From NCBI GenBank assembly GCA_964016885.1, contig OZ024753.1, positions 44,392,001 through 44,456,000 on the forward strand: a DNA stretch of 64,000 nucleotides, in the 5' to 3' direction. The notes under the pieces are model-generated. The model was not told the origin of the DNA and ran no database searches. It saw only the letters and a list, made by a program, of their open reading frames with translations. A program made the position numbers and the translations under genes. This DNA comes from Eledone cirrhosa (taxonomy: Eukaryota). Below are positions 15,447 to 28,609 of this stretch, piece by piece. How positions within the stretch are numbered: the first letter of the stretch is position 1; each line of letters starts with the position of its first letter.

Positions 15447-15803
15447 TATATGTATGTATATGTGTGTGTATTCAGATAATCAATATACATATATATATAT
15501 AATAATAATACTATTTATAGTTATGTATATAGTATAAACAACTATAAACAGGAAGGTCAGTAATTTCTTAATTACCTTGTTTTAACTGTTGCATGTATTC
15601 CACTCCGTGCTTTTGATTTTAATTTTAATTTTGATTTGAATTTGAACTTGAATGTTTGTACAATTATTGTACAATTCTCGTAAAATATATGTCACATCCA
15701 TTCCACCCTGTAAATACGAAACTGTTGCTCACAACATCAATTTATATGTATCTATATTATTGTTCAGTTGAATAGGAGGGTAATTATATGTGCAAACATT
15801 GAT

Positions 15804-15855
15804 AATGCTCCGATGACTCCAAACGAGAGTTTGGAAGAAACGATTGTCAGCTATT
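15804..15855 (+). ncRNA. Type I hammerhead ribozyme with U4C core variant
   Basis: AATGCT-CCGATGA-C-TCCAAAC(GAGA)GTTTGGA-A-GAAAC-GATT-GTC^AGCTATT; 7-bp stem II closed by a GNRA tetraloop, GUC triplet; (TA)n starts about 35 nt downstream. Confidence 0.68.
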
Positions 15856-15939
15856 AAATGATTTGAACTCAACTTTGATAATTGTATAATTTATATATAT
15901 ATATATATATACATACATATATATATTATAAAATAACAG

Positions 15940-16055
15940 GAGGCTGGACTGGTGTATCTCAAGACGTGGGAAGTATTGATAGATGTAACTGACCATGGTC
16001 ATTGGAGCACTTTGGCTGCCTCGTGTGTCTCAAGACGTAGGAGCTTCTCAGTCTA
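15940..16055 (+). mobile_element. Possible RTE LINE C-terminal fragment
   Basis: LKTWEVLIDVTDHGHWSTLAASCVSRRRS resembles the RTE W..L....DR..WR.LV.A.C terminus. Confidence 0.35.
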
Positions 16056-16539
16056 AAAAAGTTATATGTGAAGTTGGAGTCTGAATCTCTGGTAGACAAA
16101 AGCTTTTCACCTTCTTAATGCTCTCTGCAGAATTGGGGAGTGGAGTCTGTTATGTGAATGAGGGGGTCCTATATGTCATTAAATATGGTTTGTTATTTGG
16201 ATGAAAGTATGGGTTAGTTTCAGTCAGACATTATAGAATGGAGTAAAGACATTTGGTAACAGAAGTAAATAAATGCACCACAATTAACGAATTCTTGCAG
16301 GAATCATAGAAAGTGTAGAGAGAATGATAATAATCTGCTTGCAAGGTAAAAACAATGTTAGAAACTACTTATATGGTGATAATATAAATTTGGTTGTATA
16401 TGATGATGGTGTTGTTGGCAGTGATGGTGGCGGTAGCGAGGGTAGTGGTGGTGCTGGGATTGGTGGAACAAAAGGTACTATAATTAGTGGTAAGGAAGTC
16501 TGAGATAGGCAATGAGGGAGAAATTGAACTTGGAAGGGA

Positions 16540-16785
16540 GAAGAAGGAAGAGAAGGACAAGCAAATGAAGGTGAAGAAGAAGAAGTAGAAAGGTGAAGGA
16601 GAAGTAGAATGTGAAGAAGAAGTAGAAAGGAGAAGTAGAAGGTGAAGAAGAAGTAGAAGGTGAAGAAGAAGTAGAAAGAAGTAGAAAGGAGAAGAAGTAG
16701 AAGGTGAAGAAGTAGAAAGGAGAAGAAGAAGTAGGTGAAGAAGAAGTAGAAGGTGAAGAAGAAGTAGAAAGGAGAAGAAGAAGAG
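16540..16785 (+). repeat. GAA-rich low-complexity purine tract
   Basis: gaagaagtagaaggt-type units. Confidence 0.85.
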
Positions 16786-17276
16786 GGTGAATAGATGGGA
16801 TGAAATGAAATGTTAAATTTAAAGAAATGAGGCTAAATAAGTGTTGAGATAAAGGAAGGCCTATCAAAACATATTGATTTAATCCATACAAGTATTGAGA
16901 AAGCCGGACAGTAAAGCAGTGATTATGTAGGCTACTTCAATATGTCGGCTTGGAAGGTTTTGTATTGGAACTGAGATGGTTTTAAACCTGTTAATTATTT
17001 CTCCTTGTTGTGACTCGGTAGTATCAGGTTTTAGTAGATGTTCAAACGTATCTGACTTTTCACTGAATAATTACTTCAAAGAAAAAAGGTGCCTAATCTT
17101 TTGTGGATGGTGGTGTTGAGGTGAGGTGTAGTTAGATGTGGTGTGTTGGGTGGGATGAGGCAGGGCAGAGTGGGTTTTGGTGTGAGGTGGCTAAAGGAAA
17201 AAGAATGAAAGCATGTAAGCAGAAACTAAATGGAAAAGTAAATTGTGTATATTAGAGAGAGGAATGAGCTATGAGA

Positions 17277-17648
17277 GTGTGTGCTGGGTGCATTTTGTCA
17301 TGACACCTACATGACCAATTTACAGTGTGTGCTGGGTGCATTTTGTCATGACACCTACATGACCAATTTACAGTGTGTGCTGGGTGCATTTTATCACGAC
17401 GCCTACATGACCAATTTACAGTGTGTGCTGGGTGCATTTTGTCATGACACCTACATGACCAATTTACAGTGTGTGCTGGGTGCATTTTGTCATGACACCT
17501 ACATGACCAATTTACAGTGTGTGCTGGGTGCATTTTGTCATGACGCCTACATGACCAATTTACAGTGTGTGCTGGGTGCATTTTGTCATGACACCTACAT
17601 GACCTATTTACAGTGTGTGCTGGGTGCATTTTGTCATGACACCTACAC
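17277..17648 (-). repeat. 48-bp tandem array (~7.7 units) derived from the RTE 3' UTR
   Basis: Unit gtgtgtgctgggtgcattttgtcatgacacctacatgaccaatttaca. Confidence 0.9.
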
Positions 17649-17911
17649 GATATATTTATATTTATCTAAATATATGTGTATGTGTGTATGTGTATGTGTG
17701 TATCTGTGTATGTGTGCATCTATGAATTGTTTATACCTTGTGTATTCCAGCTTGTGGAATAGGTGTACCCTATTGCTGTGTGTTGTAAAAGGTGGTTAAA
17801 ATGATTGGCAACAGAAAGGATGTCTGGCTGTAAAATATTGCTTCAAAACAGTCCATAATATCCCTATATCCATAATATCCCATACTAGCATAGAAAAATA
17901 GATATAAAAAT

Positions 17912-18086
17912 AATAATTGTTTCTACTTTAGGCACAAGGCCAGCAAATTAACCAGTACATTACTGGTACTTTATTTTATCGACCCCGTAAGTATGAAAGG
18001 CAAAGTTTACCTCAGCGGGATTTGAACTCAGATCATAAAGGGACATAACTCTTTGCGTCAAAGCATGGTGTCCGACCCTTTACTGA
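17912..18086 (-). mobile_element. SINE family A
   Basis: Reverse complement of the 5303 consensus. Confidence 0.75.
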
Positions 18087-18191
18087 TAGATATAAAAATT
18101 AGGATGAAATATATGTTGCCTCTCTCTCTCTCTCTTTTTGTCTTACTTCATCATCTGTGTGAATTTTTGTTTACTTTTTGGACACACACAA

Positions 18192-18274
<83 letters not shown>

Positions 18275-18476
18275 TGAGTGGTTAGAGAATTGGATTCACA
18301 ATCTTGAGGTTGTCAGTTCGATTCCTGGACCGGGCGGTTCGCTATGTCCTTGAGCAAGACACTTTATTTCACGTTGCTCCCTCTACCTGGAGTTGCAACC
18401 GGTAGATAGTATTAGCAACTGGAAAGACCAACAGAAACATTGTTTCCTCGGTCTGATTTGACGAAAGTCGATCGAT

Positions 18477-18524
<48 letters not shown>

Positions 18525-18543
18525 TATATATACACACACACAT

Positions 18544-18589
<46 letters not shown>

Positions 18590-19258
18590 TATATATACAC
18601 ACACACATCTTTATATATATATATATTATATATACACACACACATCTTTATATATATAATATATATATATATAGTTATATATATTATATATACACACACA
18701 CATCTATCTATCTATATATGTGTGCGTGTGTGTGCAGTAAATCTGAAGAAAACTGGTGAGAGAACCAAAGTCAACACTCAATGTAGTGTGTATACAATAT
18801 ACACACACATATACAGAGTAAAAGAAGTGGGTTGTGAAGGAGTTAAAGAAATTACCAACTATCCTGAAACAATTATATTTGGCTAATATACTAATATATT
18901 TAATTTATTAAATTCTCTCTAATCATCAACCTCAGAATATCAGGTGATTAAAATGATAAAAACTAATGTATTGAACCAGAAGTTTAATATATAAAATAAA
19001 ACTTAAAATATTTCCATTTTGAATATTTAATTTGAATTGATATTTTCTTTTCTAGAATAAGTTATTGACTGTAGAGTGGAAATCATTTCTTAGACTGAAA
19101 TTCAGAAGCTTCGTTCCTTATCATAAATATATCTAAATTGATATTGTGATGAAATTACTTGGAAATTTCCTACAAATAATATTCAAGATATACTTTCATT
19201 AGATTTTGGGGAAATTAATTTCACAATATATATATTTATATATATGTGTGTGTGTATA

Positions 19259-19321
<63 letters not shown>

Positions 19322-19449
19322 TGTGTGCACATATGTGTATGAATATATATGTGTGTGTGCATATAAAAATATATATATACAGATAGATATGAATAAATGC
19401 ATATATATATACGTGTCTATATATATATGTGTGTGTGTCTATATATATG

Positions 19450-19484
<35 letters not shown>

Positions 19485-20344
19485 GTATAGTCGGAGAATT
19501 TATTAATGATATAATTATAAAATATTTTATATTTTGTCTATATTTTATATCTTTTTTTAATCACTTGATCGTGTTATCTTCTAGTGTTTGGCTTCTTGAG
19601 ACAATGTTTTACAGTTATTTTCAATTTATAACTCTGTTTATTGCAAGATTTATCTTCCTAGTCAATTTAACCAACATATCTACAAAATAGGCTTTTGCAT
19701 TCTCTTCTTTATGTCAACAATAAACTAATCAAATGTTATTTTAGCATTCTGATTTTAATTTATTGTTAAATACACTTATTTGCAATTCTTTATAATGAAG
19801 ATCTTTAAATTATCATTCCCTTGTGCAAATTGATCCTTAACTTTGTGTTACCAAACCACTTGAAATCCTTCCATCTTCTATGATTATAAACCTATAATTT
19901 ATTGAGTTCATATTTATCTTAAGTCCTTCCATTATAATTTTAGTTAAATCCCGCCGAGGTTGACTTTGCCTTTCATCCTTACGGGGTCGATAAAATAAAG
20001 TACCAGTAATGAACTGGATAATTGCTGGCCTTGTGCCTAACGTAGAAACAATTATAATTTTAGTTAAGAAATGTGAGAATGTATCTCTTTCATCATCATC
20101 ATCACTGTTTTATGTCCATTCTTCCACGCTAGCATGGGTTAGACACGTTGTCCTGTTGTGGGCAATGCTAGGTCAGGTGACTATGTCTTGCTCATACAGA
20201 ACTGATTTTGGCTTTGTTTCTACAGCTGGATTCCCTTCCTAACACCAACCTCATTTACAGTGAGTACTGGGTGCTTTTTACTGTGGTGCTTACATGACTA
20301 CTTTACAGTGAGGACTGGGTGCTTTTCTGTCATGATACTATATA

Positions 20345-20391
20345 TTTCCTGATGATTTCTTTCAAATGAGACAGTTCTAGTCCTGTAAAAG
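20345..20391 (+). ncRNA. Degenerate hammerhead (9098 family)
   Basis: ttcCTGATGAtttctttcaaatGAGACagttctagtcctGTA; aligns with 9098-9144 but GAAA is changed to GAGA. Confidence 0.5.
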
Positions 20392-20402
20392 CCATTTTTA
20401 TT

Positions 20403-20453
<51 letters not shown>

Positions 20454-20548
20454 TAGAACACTGGTGGGTTATATCTGCAGTAGTAGAGCACTCAGTCCAC
20501 AGGACGAGTTTAGTAGAAGTAGTTCCACAACAGTTAGTACACCATTTT

Positions 20549-20587
20549 CGAGGACAATTTGTTTCAGCTCAACAGATCATCAGCTAG
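20549..20587 (-). ncRNA. Minimal type I hammerhead ribozyme (same family as 34230)
   Basis: Minus strand: CTAG-CTGATGA-TCTGTTGAGCT-GAAAC-AAATT-GTC^CTCG; downstream sequence aligns with 34300-34400. Confidence 0.7.
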
Positions 20588-20659
20588 GTTTAAATGAGTT
20601 AAATCGGAAAAGGAAGACCATGTGACACACACATACACACAGACACACATACACACACA

Positions 20660-20702
<43 letters not shown>

Positions 20703-20823
20703 TTCAATGGTGTTAATTTGATACACCAGAACTTTAATATTAAGATAAGCAGAACAAGTAAAATTCAATCAATTTTTCAAAATACATTAAAAAATATAAT
20801 ATAAATATTTACCTCTTCTAGTG

Positions 20824-20905
20824 GCCCTTACTGATCAGTTTCGCTTTGTAAAACCTCATAAATCCGATGGATTTATGATGGAAAACCAAAGCTCATCAGA
20901 GAAGC
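20824..20905 (-). ncRNA. Type I hammerhead ribozyme, canonical core
   Basis: Minus strand: gcTTCT-CTGATGA-GCTTTG(gtttt CCATCATAAATCC atc GGATTTATGAGG tttta)CAAAGC-GAAA-CTGATCAG-TA^AGGGc. Intact core, G10.1-C11.1 pair, long stem II, palindromic stem III, GUA triplet, stem I TTCT/AGGG with wobbles. Lies in a ~350 bp element (20701-21052) bounded by (TA)n. Confidence 0.85.
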
Positions 20906-21064
20906 ATTTTCCCTTCCTAGGGCTAAACGTCCCAGGAACGACAAAATATACAACCTCCTGCCAGCTAATAAAGGTCTGAAAGGTCGTAAAAGTGACCCGT
21001 ATGTAAACTGGTCCGAAGTAAAAGCGGGAAAATCAAAGACTTGCTGTCTACAATATATATATAT

Positions 21065-21095
<31 letters not shown>

Positions 21096-21112
21096 GATAT
21101 ATATATATAGAT

Positions 21113-21149
<37 letters not shown>

Positions 21150-21288
21150 TTGATTTCTACAGCTGAGTAAACTGGAGCAATGTGAAATAAAGTGTCTTGC
21201 TCGAGGAAAGAACACATCACCCGGTCTGAGAATTGAACTCACAACCTTTCGATTGCAAGGCCAATGCTCTAACCACTAAGCCATCTGC

Positions 21289-21740
<452 letters not shown>

Positions 21741-22298
21741 TATATATATGTGTAGAAGAGATAACTAATTGGTACCCTTGAAATATATATATAATAGAAT
21801 AAATATGGTTTTATTAATATAGTTTCCATTTATTTAATATCATTGTATATATATATACACCCACCCACCCACCCCCCACCCCACCCCATCCCCACACACA
21901 CATATAGTCCAACCCATGCAAGCATGGAAAAGCAGACATCAAAATTATGATGATGATTATATATCCATATATATATAAATTTTGATAGATTTTCTCACTC
22001 TCCGATATTTATTGTCAGTTTTCTCCACTAAGTGACAGTATCTGACAGATTTAGTCTACTTCAAAATAAATTTATGTTAATGATTTTAAAATATTTCTAC
22101 CTGCTTGTCAGGTGTTACTCATTGGATATCTTTTTGGTAATCACATCCCTTCATCTACAAAAGCTTTTTCTCTCTCTCTCTCTCTCTCTCTCTGTCCCCA
22201 TCTCTCTCTTCCTCCTTTCCCTCTCTCTCCATCTATTCATCTATCGTTTTACCTTTCTCTCTCTCACTCGCTCTCTCCATCTATTTATCTGTCTTTTA

Positions 22299-22344
<46 letters not shown>

Positions 22345-22450
22345 AGTATTGAATTTTCCGTTGAAAATTGAAAAAGTCATAGGAGTGAAGAGTGCTCTAT
22401 GTAAGTTACAGAGCTAAATTTAATGTATAATAAACAATACAATATAATTA

Positions 22451-22518
22451 CCTCATTACCAGAGGTTTCCCAAATAAGACGAATACAAGAAACGTCCTCA
22501 TTCGTTCATCAGACAAGG
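22451..22518 (-). ncRNA. Degenerate type I hammerhead ribozyme
   Basis: Minus strand: CCTTGT-CTGATGA-ACGAATG...TATTCGT-cttatttgg-GAAA-CC(tct)GG-TA^ATGAGG. Stems I and III are good; 9 unpaired nt at the base of stem II suggest a deletion on the 5' strand. Confidence 0.55.
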
Positions 22519-22848
22519 CCTGCCTATCTCTCTTCACCTATCTGTCTATATCTCTCTCTCTTTACCTGTCTCTCTCTATATATCTATCTTATCTATCTCT
22601 TACTCTCTCTTTACATATATTTCTCTCTCTCTCTGTTTCTCCCCATTTCCCTATATATCATATATATATAACCCATGGTAGCGTGGAAAATGGACGTTAA
22701 AAGAAGATGAACATGATGATGATGATGATGATGATATATAGGTATATATATATAGTATAAAAGAGAAAACACAGGTAAGCATTAAGAGAAGGATTTTATC
22801 CAGGTATTTACGACCATTTCTCTAACTATATATATATATATATATATA

Positions 22849-23123
22849 ACGAAGGAAATGTGGTAAGGAACCAGATGGACCATAATGCACCAAAGTACTC
22901 AATACTTAGCGTAGTAGAGTGGGAAATAGGAATGAGTAGGACCCCGACGGCTGAGCTCAAGCCGTTTCAACAGCTAATTCTGGACTAATTCAGAATTAGC
23001 CGTCGAAACGGCTTGAGCTCAGCCGTCGGGGTCCTACTCATTCCTATTTCTCACTCTACTACCCTAAGTATTGAGTACTTTGGTGCATTATGGTCCATCT
23101 GGTTCCTTACCACATTTCCTTCG

Positions 23124-23124
<1 letters not shown>
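22849..23124. mobile_element. Fully palindromic (TA)n-flanked element; putative Penelope-like pLTR fold-back carrying the 3' half of a hammerhead
   Basis: Two ~135-bp near-perfect inverted arms; right arm has GAA-ACGGCT(tgagctc)AGCCGT-C^GGGGTCC, then AGTATTGAGTAC, then the 3' end at (TA)n. Confidence 0.7.
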
Positions 23125-23202
<78 letters not shown>

Positions 23203-23611
23203 TCTCACTCTCTCACAACAGTTATTACAATTTTGAAAACAAGCTGTTATAGAAGCAAACATCTCTTGTCATATTTAAGTCACAACAACATATAAGATAT
23301 AATATACAAGTAATAAAATAATAGAAACAATTAACTGGTGGGGTTTACAAAGTGTACAAGGTGTCATATAATTTCCTGGTTTAAACACTTGAACTTGAAC
23401 TCTTCTCACAGAAAAATATACCATATTTTCTCTAATATCTTTTTCCAGTATTTACTGAGATCAATTATCTTAAACATAAACTATTCCAACACAACTCCTT
23501 CATTATCCTCCTGGAAAACACCTCTGTTCTCTCTGCCAGGGCTGGAGGGTGGCCAGCACTTGGGCTCCCATTTGTATATAGTAGTGAGAGATGGGTAGAG
23601 GGAGAGAAAGA

Positions 23612-25272
23612 GGAAAGAGATGAAGGCTGTGCATGAGAGAGAGGAGAGATGAGGCTGTGAGTAAGAGAGAGAGGAGAGAGATGAGGCTGTGAGTGAGAGA
23701 GAGAGGAGAGAGATGAGGCTGTGAGTGAGAGAGAGAGGAGAGATGAGGCTGTGAGTAAGAGAGAGAGGAGAGAGATGAAGGCTGTGAGTGAGAGAGAGAG
23801 GAGAGAGATGAAGGCTGTGAGGGAGAGAGAGAGGAGAGATGAGGCTGTGAGTAAGAGAGAGAGGAGAGAGATGAGGCTGTGAGTAAGAGAGAGAGAGGAG
23901 AGAGATGAGGCTGTGAGTGAGAGAGAGAGGAGAGATGAAGGCTGTGCATGAGAGAGAGGAGAGATGAGGCTGTGAGTGAGAGAGAGAGAGGAGAGAGATG
24001 AAGGCTGTGAGTGAGAGAGAGAGGAGAGAGATGAAGGCTGTGAGGGAGAGAGAGAGGAGAGATGAGGCTGTGAGTAAGAGAGAGAGGAGAGAGATGAGGC
24101 TGTGAGTAAGAGAGAGAGAGGAGAGAGATGAGGCTGTGAGTAAGAGAGAGAGGAGAGAGATGAAGGCTGTGAGTGAGAGAGAGAGGAGAGAGATGAAGGC
24201 TGTGAGTGAGAGAGAGAGGAGAGAGATGAGGCTGTGAGTAAGAGAGAGAGAGGAGAGAGATGAGGCTGTGAGTGAGAGAGAGAGGAGAGAGATGAGGCTG
24301 TGAGTAAGAGAGAGAGAGGAGAGAGATGAGGCTGTGAGTAAGAGAGAGAGGAGAGAGATGAAGGCTGTGAGTGAGAGAGAGAGGAGAGAGATGAGGCTGT
24401 GAGTAAGAGAGAGAGAGGAGAGAGATGAAGGCTGTGAGTGAGAGAGAGAGGAGAGAGATGAAGGCTGTGAGTGAGAGAGAGAGGAGAGAGATGAGGCTGT
24501 GAGTAAGAGAGAGAGGAGAGAGATGAAGGCTGTGAGTAAGAGAGAGAGGAGAGAGATGAGGCTGTGAGTAAGAGAGAGAGAGGAGAGAGATGAAGGCTGT
24601 GAGTGAGAGAGAGAGGAGAGAGATGAAGGCTGTGAGTGAGAGAGAGAGGAGAGAGATGAGGCTGTGAGTAAGAGAGAGAGAGGAGAGAGATGAAGGCTGT
24701 GAGTGAGAGAGAGAGGAGAGAGATGAAGGCTGTGAGGGAGAGAGAGAGGAGAGATGAGGCTGTGAGTAAGAGAGAGAGGAGAGAGATGAGGCTGTGAGTA
24801 AGAGAGAGAGAGGAGAGAGATGAGGCTGTGAGTAAGAGAGAGAGGAGAGAGATGAAGGCTGTGAGTGAGAGAGAGAGGAGAGAGATGAAGGCTGTGAGTG
24901 AGAGAGAGAGGAGAGAGATGAGGCTGTGAGTAAGAGAGAGAGAGGAGAGAGATGAGGCTGTGAGTGAGAGAGAGAGGAGAGAGATGAGGCTGTGAGTAAG
25001 AGAGAGAGAGGAGAGAGATGAGGCTGTGAGTAAGAGAGAGAGGAGAGAGATGAAGGCTGTGAGTGAGAGAGAGAGGAGAGAGATGAGGCTGTGAGTAAGA
25101 GAGAGAGAGGAGAGAGATGAGGCTGTGAGTGAGAGAGAGAGGAGAGAGATGAGGCTGTGAGTAAGAGAGAGAGAGGAGAGAGATGAGGCTGTGAGTAAGA
25201 GAGAGAGGAGAGAGATGAAGGCTGTGAGTGAGAGAGAGAGGAGAGAGATGAAGGCTGTGAGTGAGAGAGAGA
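23612..25272 (+). repeat. Purine-rich minisatellite, ~28-32 bp unit GATGA(A)GGCTGTGAGT(A/G)AGAGAGAGAGGAGAGA
   Basis: About 1.66 kb of tandem units; explains the three ~600-aa Ser/Leu/His ORFs. Confidence 0.95.
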
Positions 25273-25967
25273 ACATCCATGCACACAGGCACAGGATATG
25301 ACACTCATCATCATCGTTTAAAGTCCATTTTCCACGCTAGCATGGGTTAGATGGGTTGTCCTATTAGAGGCAAGTCGAGGTCAGATGACCATGTCTTACT
25401 CATACAGAACTGATTTTGGCTTGGTTTCTATGGCTGGATGCCCTTCCTAACAGCTGTAAAAACCTAGCCAGAAACAGTTCTATATGAGCAAGACCCGGCC
25501 ACCTAACGCAACTTGCCTCTAATGGTACAACCTGTCTAACCCATGCTAGCATGGAAAATAGACATTAAACGATGTTGATGATGATATATATACATACATG
25601 TACACATAAATAATAAATAACTGCCTATGTAATTAATATTTGAACCTCACCCTATTCAGCAATGCTCACTAAACATATGTTATGCCTCAGTGGTATACTT
25701 TCAATGAAATTGCTATCTCATGTTCTTCACTAAATTTAAATTACAAATAAGCAACTAGTTTGAATAAGTTTAAATTATTTGGAATTTGCTTAAGTCAACG
25801 AAATGATTGGCTTTAAACTTGACCTTGTTCCGTCTTCCTCAATTACCATATTCAATATTGTCAATTCTCTTTGTCTACTTAAACTTCTTCCAAAAACTCA
25901 AACATACACACACTCACATATACAAATACACATACACACTCACATATTCATATATATATATATATAT

Positions 25968-26455
25968 GAACGACTTGATAAATTCCGACCTAACACACTT
26001 ACACCTCTCCGAGACAATGTCACCGAGATCTTTGGCGCTACGTAGTAATACAGAAGACCCGCCTTGCCTAAGTACAAAGCAAAACCTACAGTCAGTAGGC
26101 ACCTCTAACACCTCCCCATCCCACTACCCCCACCCCATCCACACCACTCCTTCCAATGTAAAGTTATGTTGGTACCACAACATCCAGTCTAAAACAAATG
26201 AGGTCGTGTAGGTGTCACGACAAAAAAACACACAGTCCACGCTGTAATGTGGCCGCGTAGGTAACACAGTAAAAACCTCCCAGTCCACACTGTAAACGTG
26301 GTTGGTGTTAGGAAGGGCATCCAGCCGTAGAAAACCCGCCAGACAGTCCTATGCGAGCAAAACAACCAATCTTGCCTCAAGTGGGAAAATTCCCGTCCAA
26401 ACCCATGCTAGCGTGGAAGATGGACGTTAAACGATGATGATGATGATGATGATGA
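25968..26455 (+). mobile_element. RTE LINE 3' end: ORF terminus, 3' UTR and (GAT)n tail
   Basis: DLTHLHLSETM..RDLWRYVVIQKTR followed by cacactgtaaa..ggtgttaggaagggcatccagc..ccatgctagcgtggaagatggacgttaaac(GAT)n. Confidence 0.65.
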
Positions 26456-26527
26456 TACACACATTTAAATGTATGCATATATATACACACGCACACAGAC
26501 ATCTGAATGCACATTCATATATATATA

Positions 26528-26564
<37 letters not shown>

Positions 26565-26909
26565 GTATGTAAACATGTCAGAATCTCAATTATAAAAGTG
26601 TAATGAGGAAAAGTCTTTACAGTAATTTTCACCACAGTTATATTGTACAGTGAATGTGTGTGTGTGTGTGTATTATTTATTTATGTTCATACACAGAACA
26701 AAAGCTCTATTTAAGGGTCAAGGCCCAATTTTGACCTTCTCACCAGATCATAAGAGAAATCAAATTTGTAACGTTGCCATCAGACGCTCGGACGAATTTG
26801 AAGATAGCTTTAAAAATATAGCGTGTTAAACATGTCTTTATGTGTGTTTAATGTAGAACACAACTTTATAATGAAAACTGTTGTATGAGCTTTAATAACA
26901 TCTTGTATA

Positions 26910-27355
26910 GGCAGTGAATTGGCAGAGTCGTTAAGTTGTTGGATAGAATGCTTTATGGTATTCATCCCACCTCATTGTGTGCTCTGAGTTCAAATCCCGC
27001 CGAGGTCAACTTTGCCTTTCATCCTTTCGAGGTCAATAAAAAAGTACCAGTCAAGTACTGGGGTCGATTCTTCCTCTATAGAAAAAATCGACTGTGTTCA
27101 GACCTAGAGAGAGTTGGACTCTGCCAGGTTTAAATGTACCCTAGACACACCATATGACGGTGCCTCTACGACTCCACAAAGAGTTATGGGTTCATATACA
27201 CAAAATTGTTGTAGTGCACCTGAGCACTGTACACAATAATTTTATTATTATTATTATTTGCCTTTCATCCTTACGGGGTCGATAAAATAAAGTACCAGTA
27301 ATGCACTGGGTAATTGCTGGCCTTGTGCCTAAAGTAGAAACAATTATTATTATTA
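26910..27355 (+). mobile_element. SINE family A copy and partial copy, with a third repeat tail (gttgtagtgcacctgagcactgtacacaataat) between them
   Basis: Family A at 26910-27069 and 27258-27355; the intervening tail recurs at 28040-28190 (-) and 58580-58650 (+). Confidence 0.65.
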
Positions 27356-27598
27356 TTTTACCCTGAATAAATAAGACAGCACAGATTAGATGTAGACTCT
27401 GCAAGTCATAATGAAGAGGACCTAATCTATTTTGATTCTTACAAATAAACAATCAAGTGTACATTTATTGGGATAAATGTGGCAAAGATTGTTTTGCGTG
27501 AAACCAATAAGTCAAGATGGAAATACAAAAGTGAAAACTAAATTGAAGTAAAACAAAACAACTTTTTATATTTTTAGCATATATTTTATTCACAGTTG

Positions 27599-27978
27599 TA
27601 TAAATAACATTACAAATATGTTTTAAATATATTTATAAATAACATTACAAATATGTTTTAAATATATATATAAATAACATTACAAATATGTTTTAAATAT
27701 ATATATATAAATAACATTACAAATATGTTTTAAATATATATATATAAATAACATAACAAATATGTTTTAAATATATATATATAAATAACATTACAAATAT
27801 GTTTTAAATATATATATATAAATAACATTACAAATATGTTTAAAATATATATATATAAATAACATTACAAATATGTTTAAAATATATATATAAATAACAT
27901 TACAAATATGTTTTAAATATATATATATAAATAACATTACAAATATGTTTTAAATATATATATAAATAACATTATAAA
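27599..27978 (+). repeat. ~35-39 bp AT-rich minisatellite (~10 units)
   Basis: Unit taaataacattacaaatatgttttaaa(ta)n. Confidence 0.9.
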
Positions 27979-28424
27979 TTGCTCACAATTCAGAAGAAGA
28001 ACATTACAAATATAATGTTGTTGGTAAATAATAATAGTAATAATGAAATTATTGTGTACAGTGCTCAGGTGCACTACAACTCATCAAAGGTGCATGTATA
28101 GTACATAGAATAATGTACAAATGTCAGGAAAATGAACAGTGTATGAGTCATGATATAATAATAATAATAATGAAATATTGTGTACAGTGCCCAGTATAAA
28201 GACATAAAAAAGAAGAAAAAAAGGAGAGGGAAGCAAAAGTAAAACCGACCGTCATTTCACCACCAAGTGTGACAATCGGCCTCACATCACATCCTAAAGG
28301 TTAACTAAACATATTTCAATATATCTTAAGGTTAGGACATATTTCAAAACTGCCATATTCAAATTCTTTTGCTTTCAAAAAAGAAGTCATAACACAAAAT
28401 ATCATGAAAGAAAAGATAAAACTA

Positions 28425-28609
28425 TAATTGTTTCTATTTTTGGCACAAGGTCAGCAATTATCCCAGTGTATTACTGGTACTTTATTTTATCAACCCCATA
28501 AGGATGAAAGGCAAAGTTAACCTCGGCAGGATTTGAACTTCGGAAAAGGGCCGTAACTCTTTGCTGCAAAGCATGGCATCCGACCCTCTACCGATACTGC
28601 CAATCCACC
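28425..28609 (-). mobile_element. SINE family A
   Basis: Full-length reverse copy. Confidence 0.75.

Noticed and set aside
17277-17648. CRISPR-like regular repeats (also 45628 and 48483)
   Set aside because: Contiguous tandem units with no unique spacers, no cas genes, eukaryotic context.
18432-18456. Minus-strand CAGA-CCGAG-GAAAC-AAT-GTT-TCTG resembling a hammerhead
   Set aside because: Stem II is entirely absent; too short to support.
23465-25314. Three ~600-aa ORFs
   Set aside because: Stop-free read-through of the GA minisatellite in all three minus frames; no protein features.
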